Notes: generated by a model not told the origin, from the sequence alone. A DNA stretch of 47,277 nt, filler included, from Jimgerdemannia flammicorona (GCA_003990765.1; 2 parts of 2 records of this genome joined end to end with filler, not necessarily neighbours in it), one strand, 5' to 3'; positions 13,801 through 26,143 are shown, numbered from the whole stretch's first letter. Translations and numbers: made by a program.

Positions 13801-16800
13801 GCTTTCTGGATTATACTGATCTAACACGACTCATCGATGGTTGTTTATCAGCATTTAAGCGTGCGCGTTTCAGCGACACGGGGACGACATCGATGAGTAA
13901 ACATGTTTGGATTGAGCTGGCAAGACTTTATAAGTCGATCGATGAACCTGATATTTTCAGGAGCATATATCAACATAAAATCGCCAGCACAAATTACACG
14001 AAAGGTATAGCACACACGACAGTGTATCTGAGACATATATTTTGCGAATTTCATTTTAAATATTCACACATTTTCTCTTGCTCTTCAGATGCCATCAACG
14101 CCGAGGTTCTGGGTGATTATGGAGAAGCTTCAAGAATTCTATCGAGCGCCGTACAGCAACGTCAGGATGAAGCTGAGGAAACAGAGGTGAGAGGTAATCG
14201 GTTGGAGTTTTCCAAAATTTTGCAATTACTGACTATCACTCGCTGTATGTTCAGTTCTCAGTCTGGGAACAAGAGCGCTTGAGATGCTTTGAGAAACTTG
14301 GTAGATGGGAGGACCTATCAGAGCATGTTCTTGTGGATATAGATAATAATCACGAGTCATTGTGGGATCCGAATTGGCAGGTAAAAAGCGACTGCACTAC
14401 CGCTGCATACCAAGTCGGTTGGCCTTTTACAGATTTGACGTCACCTTCATCAATGCGTAGGATCCGTATCTTCGATATTTCATTCGAAGTCATCTGAAAC
14501 TGGCTGAGGGGAAAGAAGACGCTGATGGACTGTTCATTGCGTGGGATGAACGTAATCCCAATCCGCTGTTTGAGTTCATAAATAAGTCCATGGAAAATCC
14601 CGAGAAAGCCTTCATTCTAGAATCACAATATCACACAGGTTTGTCGATTATTTTGAATATGGCTACCAATCAATCAAATTTCTTTCATGTTTTGTCACTA
14701 ACAATGATTTCTTGCAGATATGGCTTTGGCTTTTGTTATTGCAAAGGATTATGATCGCTCTCGGTACTATGTTCGGCGTGCCTACGATCAATTCGTGATG
14801 ACATGGTCAAGCATTCACCCACTATCTCGTAATAGCCGGCTTAGTAAACTGATGGCTTTACAAAAGGTACGCGGAATGTTGTTTTCGTCATCTCCGGCGC
14901 CACGTGGTCCTCCGGTGGGAAAAGGCTACATTGCATTCAAGAGGAATAATGACCGATAGAGCCGGTAAAATATCTCACACTATCTAATTCTTATTACACA
15001 GACGATTGAGTTGGACGAGTTTTTGAGTCTCATTGGGGTCGGAAGCCTGGCCTCCTCCAACATTGAGAAACTTGTCAAGTCTTGGGCAAACAGGTACGTT
15101 ATGAAAGACTTCATATTATATATGACAGCAAACAAGACTCAGCCATTCAATATTATCCATGTTATAACTTTTCAATGGCAGATACCCATGGAAGGAACTT
15201 GATGCCATTGAGATCTGGGACGATGTAATAGCTGATCGGAAGCTGTTTCTTGAGCGACTTAGCGACATTGCTCGAGACTCAAGCGTAAGTTGATTTTGAA
15301 TCCAACTATGCTCCCTCCAAAGCAAAGTACTATTTTATCATCTCAACACAAGTTCAACAAATAGGGTTCTGCCGATGTGATCCAAAAGGTGCAGGCGTTC
15401 GAGAAACAGGACATCGTGGCAATAGCGTCTGCTGCTAGGAAGCAGAAAAATTTTGATGTGGCCGCGAAATATTTGAGGGAACTTGGCAAATTTGGCGGAA
15501 AAGATTTTGGTACCACATTTTCAGCCCTGAAGCTCAATTATCAAATGATTCTCGCAACTGAAGACGGCGTACGTAGGACCGAGATTTTCGGCCGTATGTT
15601 TGCAAACATGGATAGGCGTAAGGTAAAATACATGCATCTGCCGTGTCAAAGTTTGAATTCGCGAATTTGACCGCCAAACCTTCATTCAATTTGTGCATTC
15701 CTCTATGCAGGGTAACTTCAACAAGCTCGAGCCAGTACAGCACATCAAATTCAATACTTTGGCTGGTAGGATATACGAGACTGCCATGACTGAGCTACGC
15801 AAAGAGCCTGATGCGTTCGTGCGCTTCAGCACTGATCAACACATGTTGAGGACACTTGACGGGTATATTGTCAGTGATCCGTCAAGATTGCTGCACTACT
15901 TCAACGACCAAGGTTTTCGCAGTCTCCAAGAAGCTGTACAAATATCTGCGCAAAGGGAATTCTCGGTAAGTTGCAGTTTTTTACATCGTATTGTGACAAA
16001 CCGTTCTACATTCTTACTCCACGTATGCATGTTCTCAGCAAAATTTCCAGGCAAAAACATTGTGGCGGTTTGCAAAATATTGCGATAATATTTTGCGGCC
16101 CTTAGAGGCAAATGTAGCTGGAGCGGTCCGTATTGTATGCAGTTTATGGCTTCGTCTATAAAATATGTCAAGCTTAATCGTTGTGTAAACCCGACGCATT
16201 TCTTTTCCTATAGGCACTGGTAGACAAATCGAAATACAGTAGCGTTATTGTCGAATCTATCTTTCAGGCGATGCATTTAGGCCTTATGAAAGCGTCGGAA
16301 TTGTTTCCACGACTTTTGCAATTGATCGAATTGTATCCAGATACTCGAGCGGTCTTCAAACACCATGTTAGCGACTTAGATTATCTAATGACCTTTTGTT
16401 ACCACATGTCATTTTACATTACTAACGGGGGGGGTTTTTTTTTTTTTTGGATATTCCTTACAGGTAACAACTTTCGATGCGACCTGGATGTTTCTTCGAT
16501 GGTTACCGCAGATTATCGCAATTCTAGACAAGGAAGGAGCTCAAAGTGTGCATCCCATTGTGATAAAGGTATTCGTTAAATAGGAATTATGTGTGTGTTT
16601 ATATTACCTTCATAATGTTCTTCTAACAAAACAAAACTGAAAATAGATCGCGACCGAATACCCCAAAGCCATTTATTTTCCGCTAGCTATCAGTAGCGAA
16701 TATTATCGATTTGGAAACGACGATATCGGAAGAGACAATAGAGTAACGGTTGATAAATTCAAAAAGATCGTACGTTCACCTCTTCTAGAGCAATTCACGA

Positions 16801-19580
16801 TGGAATTGAGGCGATTGACGAACCCTGAGCATATTATGAAAGATTGGATAGATTTTGTCGGTGTATGTATGTCAAAACTTCAGAGTCATGTAGCATGAAA
16901 ACGAAACTTTGCTTATTTATTCAATTTCCTCTCTGCTCAATCCATGTGTAGGCCCAACTCGCGGATCCATCTGACCGGAAATCAGATATTGTGGCTGCTT
17001 TCCACGACCTGAGGCGAATACTCTTGGATCCTCGTAATTCGGCTTTGGGGGCGATACATATCCTTCATTCCTACTCACGAAAAATTGTTCAATCGAAATG
17101 TTCTTGCTATATCTCATAAATCCTTGACTCTTTCTTACCGAAATCGTTTGCTGAGAAGCATGCAGCGAAACTCGTTGACATGTGTGGTGAGTCGTGCGAC
17201 ACAGTGCATCGCAATTCTTATATTTTATTCTTCTGACTGTTCTATTTCATGTCCCCTGCACTCTAAATCACAGGCAAAGATGGTTCTAAGCTTGCCAAAA
17301 TGAACTTGAAGGAATTTCAAAAGATTGTTGGCTATTACAAAACGGAGATCACTTCTAAAAAATACGACGGGGCACCTGATCTTCTCAAGTCATATTCACC
17401 TTGGCTAGCAACATTTCAGGCTTCGAATTTTAATGAGGTATAGCAAGTCTGTAAATATGTAGCAATTGCCAACTTCTGCTCACACTAAAATATTCCACTG
17501 TTAATATGTCAAATACGATTGATCTACGAAGGAAATCGAGATTCCTGGTCAATATACCGGATTGCGCAAGCCACATCCAGCGATTCACCCAAAAATTAGT
17601 AGCTTTGATCCGCGCCTCCTTGTCATGAGCTCAATCCGGAAACCGAAACGCACCATGATGATGGGGTCAGATGAGAACGAATACCTTTTTCTTGTCAAGG
17701 AAAGTTGCCAATTTAACCCAGATTTTTTAGCCTCCCATCATTCTTGAATCACGGCCTTTTCATAATCAACAATCTTTTCAACAGGGTGGAGAAGATTTGC
17801 GTTTGGATCAGCGTGTGGAGCAACTTTTTTCGGTCATGAATGAAGTAATGAAACAGAACGCGTACTGCGCTCAGCGGAAGATCTATTTGACGACATATAA
17901 AGTAAGGCAAATCACTATCTTGAACGATGTGTCCTTTCTCAAAAACAGCCCACCGTGAAGTTCATTAACCATGTTACCCGGTATATTATTATTAGGTGAT
18001 TCCGATGACAGGAAATGTGGGCATTATTGAATGGCTGGATAACACGAAACCACTACGAAGTTGTATCGAGAGCGAACTGAGCTCCAAGGAATATTTCACT
18101 AAAGCGCAAGAAATGCATCGGAACTGGGTAGCAAAGTTCAAAGGTGACATTCAAGGTACCGTACAGCATTATTTTCATGTGGTTTTTGATCGAAGATAGC
18201 ATATCTTGTATCCAATGGGACAGAGTTGATCACCTATTATTGTCATACCAGGCTATCTCAATATGTTCCATACGCCCCGAGAGCAGGCAGTGAAGCACTA
18301 CGATCAGCTCACAAGTCTTATGAAGGATGATCTATTGCGTTCTGCGGTATACAAACTCGCGGCGTCACCGGAGGCATTTCTTTCTATCCGCTCCGAATTT
18401 GCAAACAGCCTAGCGTCTATCTGCATTTGCGGCTATCTTTTGGGTATGGACATTTTCAGTAGACGGCCCACGCCGATCCTTATTGCGCTGTGTGTGCACA
18501 GGTACTGAAATATTGGCCTGTTTTTAGGTATTGGCGATAGGCATCTGGAAAATTTTTTGATTGACCTAACAAGGTAGTCCATAAGGGAATTTTGTTGCCT
18601 CGATTCAAATTTGGCATGTCCCTCAAGTGTCACGACATTAACAATTATCAAAACTCTTGATTTCTTTGCCACAGAGGGCGCATGATTCCTATAGATTTCG
18701 GGCACGCCTTTGGCTCGGCAACCGAGCTTCTACCAGTACCTGAACTGGTGCCATTCCGCCTGACGAAGCAACTTGTAGGCTTTTTAGAACCACTAGGAGT
18801 GCCTGGATTACTAGAGCACGCGATGATTAATGTTCTCCAAGGTATGTGAATCATGGAATCAATTGGCTCCATTAATGGCGACATTTGTAGTAAAACATGA
18901 TTTTGCTATTTCAGCCATGCGTACGCACAGAGATATCTTGCTGAACGCGATGGATGTCTTTGTGAAGGAACCATTGCTGGATTGGCGCAAGCATGCCGCT
19001 AAGCAGGCGAAAGCCCAGAGTACGTGACACCTCTGAATGTGAACCTTCGATTGCTTGGGCTCTGCATGCCTGTAAAAGCTTTGCAGATTTCTATGACGTT
19101 CGGTGATTTGGTGTATGCTTCGCTCATTCGGACAATTCTCTGCTTACTTAGAGAAAGCCAAAGACCAAGAATCATTCCAGGTTAGCGCGGCAAGCCAGGC
19201 CGCGTCGGAATGGTATCCACAGCAGAAGTTGGATATCGCACGGCGCAAACTGGAAGGTGAAAATCCAGCATGTACGTCTTCCTTCCCTATGGACGTTTTT
19301 CTCGAAAAGGAGCTTCGCATTATCATGTACATCTGTTTCGCCACCTCATCATGTCTGTTTTTCAGTCATTATCACCCAAGAACTTGCTTACGGACATCGC
19401 GACAAGCCCTATTTCTCGGCCTTAGAGAAAGTGGCACACGGAGATCCGAAACACGATATTCGCGCCCAGATTCCGCAGCATTGCAGCACGGTTAAGGAAC
19501 AAGTCGATTGTTTGGTCAACCTTGCCACGGATCCGAACTGTCTGGCAAGGGTATGGATTGGGTGGATGCCTTGGGTGTGA
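366..19580 (+). CDS. PRKDC: DNA-dependent protein kinase catalytic subunit (PIKK family), multi-exon, roughly 65-70 introns
   Basis: ATG at 366 ([11 protein letters not shown]). Spliced segments show DNA-PKcs hallmarks: [41 protein letters not shown]-like MTPLFMNTQ and [26 protein letters not shown] (YRPD motif); kinase motifs [27 protein letters not shown] and [55 protein letters not shown] ending at 19580. The intron count is an estimate by eye. Confidence 0.96.
1900..2006 (+). other. GC-AG intron in DNA-PKcs
   Basis: GAG|GCAAGT donor and TACAG| acceptor join [13 protein letters not shown] to [11 protein letters not shown] in frame. Confidence 0.75.
7921..8031 (+). other. U12-type (minor spliceosome) GT-AG intron
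   Basis: 5' GTATCCT, branch TCCTTAAC (~8004-8011), 3' CAG. Splicing gives GTAQYSDYI in frame. Confidence 0.85.
8544..8662 (+). other. U12-type AT-AC intron
   Basis: 5' ATATCCTTT, branch TTCCTTAAC (8644-8652), 3' AC. Joins SCFNLVQ to VLYERL in frame. Confidence 0.9.
8903..9010. repeat. Intronic low-complexity (TTTTTA/TTTTTTA)n tract
   Basis: Seen directly in the sequence, inside a DNA-PKcs intron. Confidence 0.8.
11811..11951 (+). other. U12-type GT-AG intron
   Basis: 5' GTATCCTTT, branch TCCTTAAC (~11928-11935), 3' CAG. Joins HPNLSCR to [12 protein letters not shown]. Confidence 0.9.
17058..17138 (+). other. U12-type AT-AC intron
   Basis: 5' ATATCCTT, branch TCCTTGAC (17121-17128), 3' AC. 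Gives [16 protein letters not shown] in frame. Confidence 0.88.
17700..17784 (+). other. Apparent non-canonical GA-AG intron in the kinase domain
   Basis: The conserved FLVK|GGEDLR motif can only be built by splicing AAG|GAAAGT...CAACAG|GGT. Confidence 0.65.
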
Positions 19581-20042
19581 GGTACAGAGTGGTGATAAAA
19601 TATAGGGTTTCACGTTGTCGTAATTCGATTGCAACAAATTTAATAACAATAGTTACGGATGGGGTTCGCTCATGTATACGGAGAGAATATTGATTATATC
19701 AATGGCGTGCGGGTTAATACAAATAAATTTTTGTAAAAGCATGAATACATTTTAGCCCATGAACTTGTAGAAATAACTTGGAGGATTACACATACGAAGT
19801 TGTCGATAACACGAGGGCTGTAATTAAATGTATTACAATTGCAGCCCATCAACAGCTTTGATGAAACCAACGTGACTAGCCTTGACTTTAAAGTCATTCA
19901 CGCGCTGTGCGCAGTTATTACAAGTTACGTGCGTTGTAAGTAGTCTAAGGTTGAAACCTCATAATGCCTCCCATCGTACAATATCACGTCCTTCCGAACA
20001 TCTCGTGATCACGATCACACGCCGCCTAGTTTGATCGAAGGC

Positions 20043-21200
20043 TCAGTCATCCTCTGAATCGCCCATAAAGAAAGCATCCTTAGCAACCTTGGGTTTTGTG
20101 GGTCCTGTTGAATTCAAAATGTTAGTGGTGTTTTTGGCGAAAATATCGATATATACTTTCGTCACATTGGAAAACACGGGAATTGGGGAGGTTACAGCAG
20201 GGAGCCAAAAACTATACCCACTTCTTCTGTTCTCTTCCCCCTCTCCCTCTTGCTCATTGTCGTCGTTGCGCTCCCTTTTCTTAGCTGTTCCCCTGTTCGC
20301 CTTCGCATGCATCCTGCTTGTTATCATCTGTTTCTTCTGCTCACGGAATTCCCGCTCAATCACACCCTCCTCCAGCACACCATTTCGCATGGCCTCGCGG
20401 ATCTTGCCGCGGATTGCGATACGCCGAGCGCTTGATTGCGGATTATCGGCATTGAATTTGGGAAAGAGAGAGACGTATTTTTCGGTTTTGGGAAAGTGCT
20501 GAATTACACAGGAGAAGTATAGTTAGTATATTTCGACGTAAGTAATCGAAGGTCTTCCCTGTTTTCCAAAGAAGTATGAAGAACATTAATTTGTTTGGGC
20601 GTACCAGGATGTAATTGAGATCCACCTTCAATTCGTCTAACGTGGCCTGTTCCGCATATCGTTCCGTATCGCTTGACGCGTCTTCCACTCGCTTCTCGGC
20701 CCGCTTAATCTTGCGCAAAACCTTTTGGCGTTCTGTCCAGGTTTAGGACATTTAATAAGCCATAAGAAGGTGCAAATTGCATCTGTGGCATGTAGTCACC
20801 ACGTCTGGAAATTTTGGTGCCTTATCATGCGTATAGAGTGGGAATCAAGAATTGCTCGTACGAACCAAAAAATTTCACCATACGGTATTTCAATGCAAAT
20901 TTCTTTTCGATCTCATTCATTTGCTTATCTGTCAGGTGCATCTGGAGAGCCTTCAAGCTCCGCTCGCTCTCCAGTCGCACTTTGGCCGATGCTTTATCCT
21001 AGAGCAGGGAATCAACACATTAGATTTTCCTTCCATACGCAGCTGGTTGGGAGCATCAGCGGATACCGTACGTGCTTCAGCGACCTCTCGGTATCGCGCA
21101 GCCTCTTCTTGATGGCAGTGAGACTTGTAGGGACTGCATCGTCGTCGTCGTATGGTTTATGGAAGGTTTTCCTGAAATTTTTTGAGGGGCCTTTGGGCAT
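20043..21200 (-). CDS. EFG1: rRNA-processing protein Efg1 (4 exons: 21200-21072, 20998-20866, 20732-20605, 20498-20043; 281 aa)
   Basis: Spliced product contains IKKRLRDTERSLKH, KYRMVKFFERQKVLRKIKR and VDLNYILHFPKTEKYVSLFP, typical of Efg1, with an acidic tail (DAFFMGDSEDD). Canonical GT-AG introns give an intact 846-nt frame. Confidence 0.88.
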
Positions 21201-21358
21201 GCTAACTAAATTAACACTTGAAGTAAAGGAACAGAGAGTTTACGGTGGCTTTGTTGATGCAAAATTCAATGGTCGGTCATGTGACCCGGCTACATGTTTT
21301 CAAACCGCCGCTGTAACCAAAACTCTCTTTCTCTTTTCCTCTCCCTCCCTCCTGCACA
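21201..21358. promoter_or_regulatory. Putative 158-bp bidirectional promoter (EFG1 / BuGZ)
   Basis: Head-to-head ATGs at 21200 and 21359, with a CT-rich stretch before the BuGZ ATG. Confidence 0.5.
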
Positions 21359-23031
21359 ATGGGGAAAAAGAAGACGAAGACGAAGGTCATCCGTCCTTGG
21401 TGCTGGTACTGTGAACGAGACTTTGAAGACGACAAGGTTCTTGTAGCACACCAAAAGGTACTGCACCTACACTAGTGACCTTGGAAGTTTGCGACTGTTT
21501 GTTTATCCACCATCAACCATTGATCCCTGCATCATAACCATTGTTAATAATATTCAGGCCAAGCATTTCAAATGCAGCCATTGCGGTAAAAAACTGACAA
21601 CGGCTGGCGGCATGGTTGTTCACGTCGCGCAAGTACACAAGGAGACTGTGAACAAGTATGTGTCAATATGCTCATGTCAACGAGTACACCACTCTTCATC
21701 GTCTTTGCTGATAATTCAATGCAACTGCTGCGCGATCCTTGGTGTAGAGTCCCCAACGCTCTTCCAGGCCGCGAATCCTGCGAGATCGAGATCTTTGGCA
21801 TGGAAGGCATCCCCGAGGAAGATCAAATTGCTCATCAGGCCGCATTGGATGCCAAGGACAATCCACCTAGCAAGCGCCAAAAGTTTGACACCGGAGGCAA
21901 CTTGACCGAGCTGACCCCCGAGCAGATCCAAGCCCAACTGGCTCAACATCAAGCATTGGCGCAGGCCACGCCGCAGTCTTTTCCTCCGGCCCCATATGGC
22001 GCTCCGGCCCCTGCTGGAGGGCCCGTCCCACCCGCTGGCGCTGCATACTCTGGATATTTTCCGCCACCCCGACCTGGTGCGCCGTCTGCAGCGCCTGCAC
22101 CTGCCCCATTTCCTGGTCAGTACAGCCAATTCTATCAGCCAAGGCCACCTGCGGGAACTGCTGCAACCCAGCCCTATAGACCTCCGCCCGGTCAACCCTA
22201 CCAGCAGCCGCCATTCCCACCGCAGCAACCATACGGATATCGTTCAGGGTAACTAGTACTTACAATAGTAACCACGTCGGAATAGATAAAGAGATGCTTT
22301 TGAATCGATATTGATGGACTAACCATCATATCGTATCGACAGGATGCAACCTGCTCCATATCCCGCACCCGGTGGCCCGCAACAATGGGCCCCTCGTCCC
22401 GGCGTGTCTCCCCCAGGACAATCGCCCTATTCTACTGGGTCTGTTGCGCCATTCCGACCACCGTCATCTCAAGCTCCTCCCACAGGGCCGGCCTATGGCG
22501 CACCTCCTACTTCGCAACCACCGTACTCTTCTCCACAGGCTCCGCAGCAGCCTCCCTACGGCCCAGCCCAAGGATATCCATATTCTCAAGCGTCGCCGAC
22601 CGCGCCTGCGTCCTCGACACCCACCTCACAACCGCCATTCGCTCCGTATTCTTCAGGACCGTATCTGGCTCCTTCAAGCACGCCATTGTTGATCGGGACT
22701 GCCGCGGCACCAACCAATGGTGCTGTTCCGCAAGGAACAGAAACTACTGCGCAAATTTCTCCAACCGAGAAGAAAAAGGCGGTAGAAACTTTGCTGATTT
22801 ACGACGATAACGAGGTCTCTCCGGTAGGTTTTTGAATGTTGATGTTATAACCTCCCCTCCCCCTCCCCCAAACAAAAAAAAAAAAAAAAAAAAAGTTATT
22901 TTTATTTTATTTTTTTTATTTTGAGCTGGTCCTCGTCTTATTCACATTTCTGTTTGTTTATGTAGGAGGAGAAGCGGGCGGCTCTGGATAAATACCGATA
23001 CAACAGAGATTCGGTCAAGCAGCAGGTGTAG
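21359..23031 (+). CDS. ZNF207: BUB3-interacting zinc finger protein BuGZ/ZNF207 homolog (5 exons: 21359-21457, 21558-21655, 21748-22248, 22343-22823, 22966-23031; 414 aa)
   Basis: MGKKK...[50 protein letters not shown]...[20 protein letters not shown], then a Pro/Gln-rich middle and a C-terminal GLEBS-like [17 protein letters not shown]. Intact 1245-nt spliced frame. Confidence 0.93.
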
Positions 23032-23592
23032 CATCTCGATCTCTCTATCGGGTCGTGTCTTGTCACCATAAGAAGCAGCACGTGTTCTAATATATACCAA
23101 CTAGCTTGGTGCGTCATTGGACTGAAGTACATAATTGGGGTGCTAGAGCAAAGGAAAAGGCAAACAATAGATGGAGATACAAAAGGGATAATCAATCATG
23201 GAACAATCATTTTCATTGCCGACGACTGGTTGTCAAGATTTACCGGTAAGGGTACCACATCCCCCGGTAAGCCACTCAAGTTCCGTCTACCCGATGTGCG
23301 CGCAAGCGGAATAGCTGAGCACTCGTCCGTCAAGGCAAGACGTCGCGAATATTACCTACCCGATGTCGTTTCCCTTCCTACAATCAAGGACCCTTCACTT
23401 TCGCAATTTCTTTGTCGTCACCTTATCTTTGTATAAATTTCTATTTTTGTTCGGAATTCATTTATAACTATTTCTTCGCTGCTTCGAACCTCATTTTGTG
23501 TCCCCCCCCCCTCCCCCCTCCTCCTCTTCCTTCCTCCTCCCTCCCTCCCTCCCTCCTCCCTCCTCCCTCCTCCCACCCTCAAACCCACACAC

Positions 23593-23692
23593 NNNNNNNN
23601 NNNNNNNNNNNNNNNNNNNNNNNNNNNNNNNNNNNNTTAATTAATTAANNNNNNNNNNNNNNNNNNNNNNNNNNNNNNNNNNNNNNNNNNNN
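23593..23692. other. Artificial contig linker N44-TTAATTAATTAA-N44 (stops in all six frames)
   Basis: Symmetric 100-nt spacer. Base composition changes abruptly across it. Confidence 0.95.
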
Positions 23693-24676
23693 AAGACCAC
23701 CACCACAGCACCAGAGACTGCCGAGATCTTTCTCAACCAAGTATTCAGGCTACATGGCATGCCAAGCACCATTGTATCTGACTGAGATACCAAGTTCACA
23801 AGCAACTTCTGGAAGGCATTTTTCTCTCTCCATGGAACCAAGCTGAAGTTCTCTACTGCCTACCACCCTCAGACTGATGGTCAAACCGAGCGAACCAACA
23901 GGACCCTCAAACAGATGCTTAGCATCTTCTGCTGTTACAAGCAAAATGACTGGGACAAGTACCTAGCCCATGCTGAGTTTGCCTATAACAACAGTCAGCA
24001 AACCTCCACAAAGAAGACTCCATTCTTTCTGAACCATGGTCAACACCCCAGGACCCCAAGTACTACCGCGAAATCAGCAGTCCCAGCAGCCCAAGATCTG
24101 GCTGAGACCATTTCTGACCTCACGCGAATGACAAGAGATGCTCTCATAGAAGCACAAGACTACCAGACCAAGTACGTGAACTTGAAGCGAAGAGAAGCCT
24201 CCTACAATATTGGTGACAAGGTCATGCTTAGAACAGACCACCTTCACCCAAACACCCTGGCACAACAACTAGCCAAGAAACTCCGTACTAGAAGAATTGG
24301 ACCATACAAGATTGTGGAAAAAATCAGCGAAGTCAACTACAAGTTGCAACTTCCCAACAATATTCGAGTACACCCAGTATTCCATATCAGCCAATTGGTG
24401 GACTACCATGAGAACCCATTCCTCGAGCGTACAGTTCCACCACCACCCCCAATTAGGATCAATGATCATGAGGAATTCGAAATTGAGGAAGTACTTGACC
24501 ACAAGGTCCGAAAATATCCCAAAGCAGTCAAGCGCCTTTTCCTGATCAAGTGGAAGGGTTACCCCACCCATGATGCCACCTGGGAAAAAGAAGAAGTCCT
24601 GAAAAATGCACGCGAAGCCCTCCAGGACTACATGGAAACACTCACCCCCCAGCAAAGGAAGGAACTACAGCTCTAA
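23693..24676 (+). pseudogene. Integrase C-half + chromodomain of element A (one in-frame TGA)
   Basis: HGMPSTIVSD*DTKFTSNFW...STAYHPQTDGQTERTN, a GPY motif (IGPYKI), and chromodomain EEFEIEEVLDHK...FLIKWKGYPTHDATWE. Confidence 0.92.
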
Positions 24677-25325
24677 GCATAGGAGCACATAGCAAGCAGA
24701 AGGATACCACATATTTTTATCTGGAAACATATAATATGTACCGAACATTGCGAAAAAAGGGAACACTATGGATAACCAACAAGAAGATACCCGAGCAACA
24801 GAACAATCTAGTACAGTATAGCAAAACACATTTGAACAACCCTATTTCATGCCATCTGTGTCATCTCCGCTGGATGATGACGGACGCTTCATGTGAAACT
24901 TAGGAAAGCTGACAATGTCGAAACCAGTCTAAGTCCATCCACGTGACAGATATTGTTACTAAAGAATTGCCTCGGATTACAAGAAAGTCTATTTCCGAGA
25001 GGTTCGAACCCCCAGCCGCGACAATGGGAGCCCTCGCCTTAGACAAGGATGGCCAGTCCTCGCAAATGCACCAACCAGACAAAAAAAAAAGTGGACCAAG
25101 ACCTGTTAACCCCATGTAACCACAGACAGGTGACGAGATCTTTGAAATCAGAATTTCCTCATGTGACCAGCACATGCTTCGCTTATAGCACAGGTCATGC
25201 ATTTTGCCAGAAAGCGTGACCAAAGGAAGATCACATCAGACAGGTGAACAAGTATAAATACCCAAGACAAGAATACCCCGCAACTCTCATCCCCCTTTCC
25301 TCACAAAAGAAAAGACAAGACAAGA

Positions 25326-26132
25326 ATGCCTGCCACCCGCTGCCAAACTGCCTGCTGTAGCCGGCCCCTCCCAAGCCAGATTGACCGCCTCTTTGGACAC
25401 ATCCAAGTTGCTATCCAAGGAAGGAACTGCCGCTCAGAGGCCCTTGACCTCTCCCACCAGGACCTAGGACGATATGTCCTTGACCGCCGTGAACTCATTG
25501 AAAGGGCCTACCTTGCTACCAGCCACCTAGAAATCTGACATGAATATGAGATTGGCCACCAACTTCTCCAACGTGCAAAGGACCTGCCCATGGACCAAGT
25601 CTCCAACTGGACTCACTTAGACAGGCATGAGCAAAGACTTGCCAAGAAGGTCCATCAAATCATGTGCCATGCACCTTTTGCGATCCCCAACCTCAACTAC
25701 ATACAACTGAAGGACTTCCAGAACCTCTCTTTCCCTGAGGTCGACGAACTAGAGATCAAGGTAGCCCAAGAAGCCGACTCCTGGATCACCCCCAAGTCTA
25801 CTGACTGCGAACCCTACTGGAGCCCCCTCCTGAATGACAACCCTGACCAATGGCTCCAAGGCCTCTCTGACCTCTTTGAAGGACCACCCATCTGAATGGA
25901 TATTCCCAGGCATGAAGATCAAGAGCCCTACTTGGATGGCCCCAACCGCATCAGATGGAGAACCCCAACACCAGCACAAAACCCAGTACGAGAACCATTT
26001 GCAGACCTCATTGACTTCTCCATCCTGGACATCGAGCCATCAGTAACCACCCCCCCTGCCCCTGAGCAAGATTCCCCACCTTTCTCTCCCCTGGTTCTCA
26101 ATTTCTCAATCAACGAGAACATTGATTTCTAA
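25326..26132 (+). pseudogene. Accessory ORF of element A (~268 aa, two TGA stops probably from CGA)
   Basis: Track ORFs 25326-25538, 25590-25895 and 25896-26132 are one frame broken by two TGAs. TATAAATA lies at ~25253, and the stop abuts the PPT. Confidence 0.75.
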
Positions 26133-26143
26133 GGAGGGAAGGA

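Noticed and set aside
20725..22810. Long alternative-frame and antisense ORFs (e.g. 20725-21414 +, 21716-22228 -, 22385-22810 +)
   Set aside because: Shadows of EFG1 and of the GC-rich, Pro-rich BuGZ exons.
23593..23692. Apparent adjacency of the DNA-repair gene cluster to the retrotransposon nest, and the TTAA palindrome
   Set aside because: This is an artificial six-frame-stop linker between contigs, so no biological linkage can be inferred.
24868..24927. ATGATGA...CTGA...GTCGAAAC looked like a box C/D snoRNA, hammerhead ribozyme or SECIS
   Set aside because: Too short and lacking a terminal stem for C/D. The core is not CUGANGA and the stem topology is wrong for a hammerhead. No SECIS-type helix is visible.
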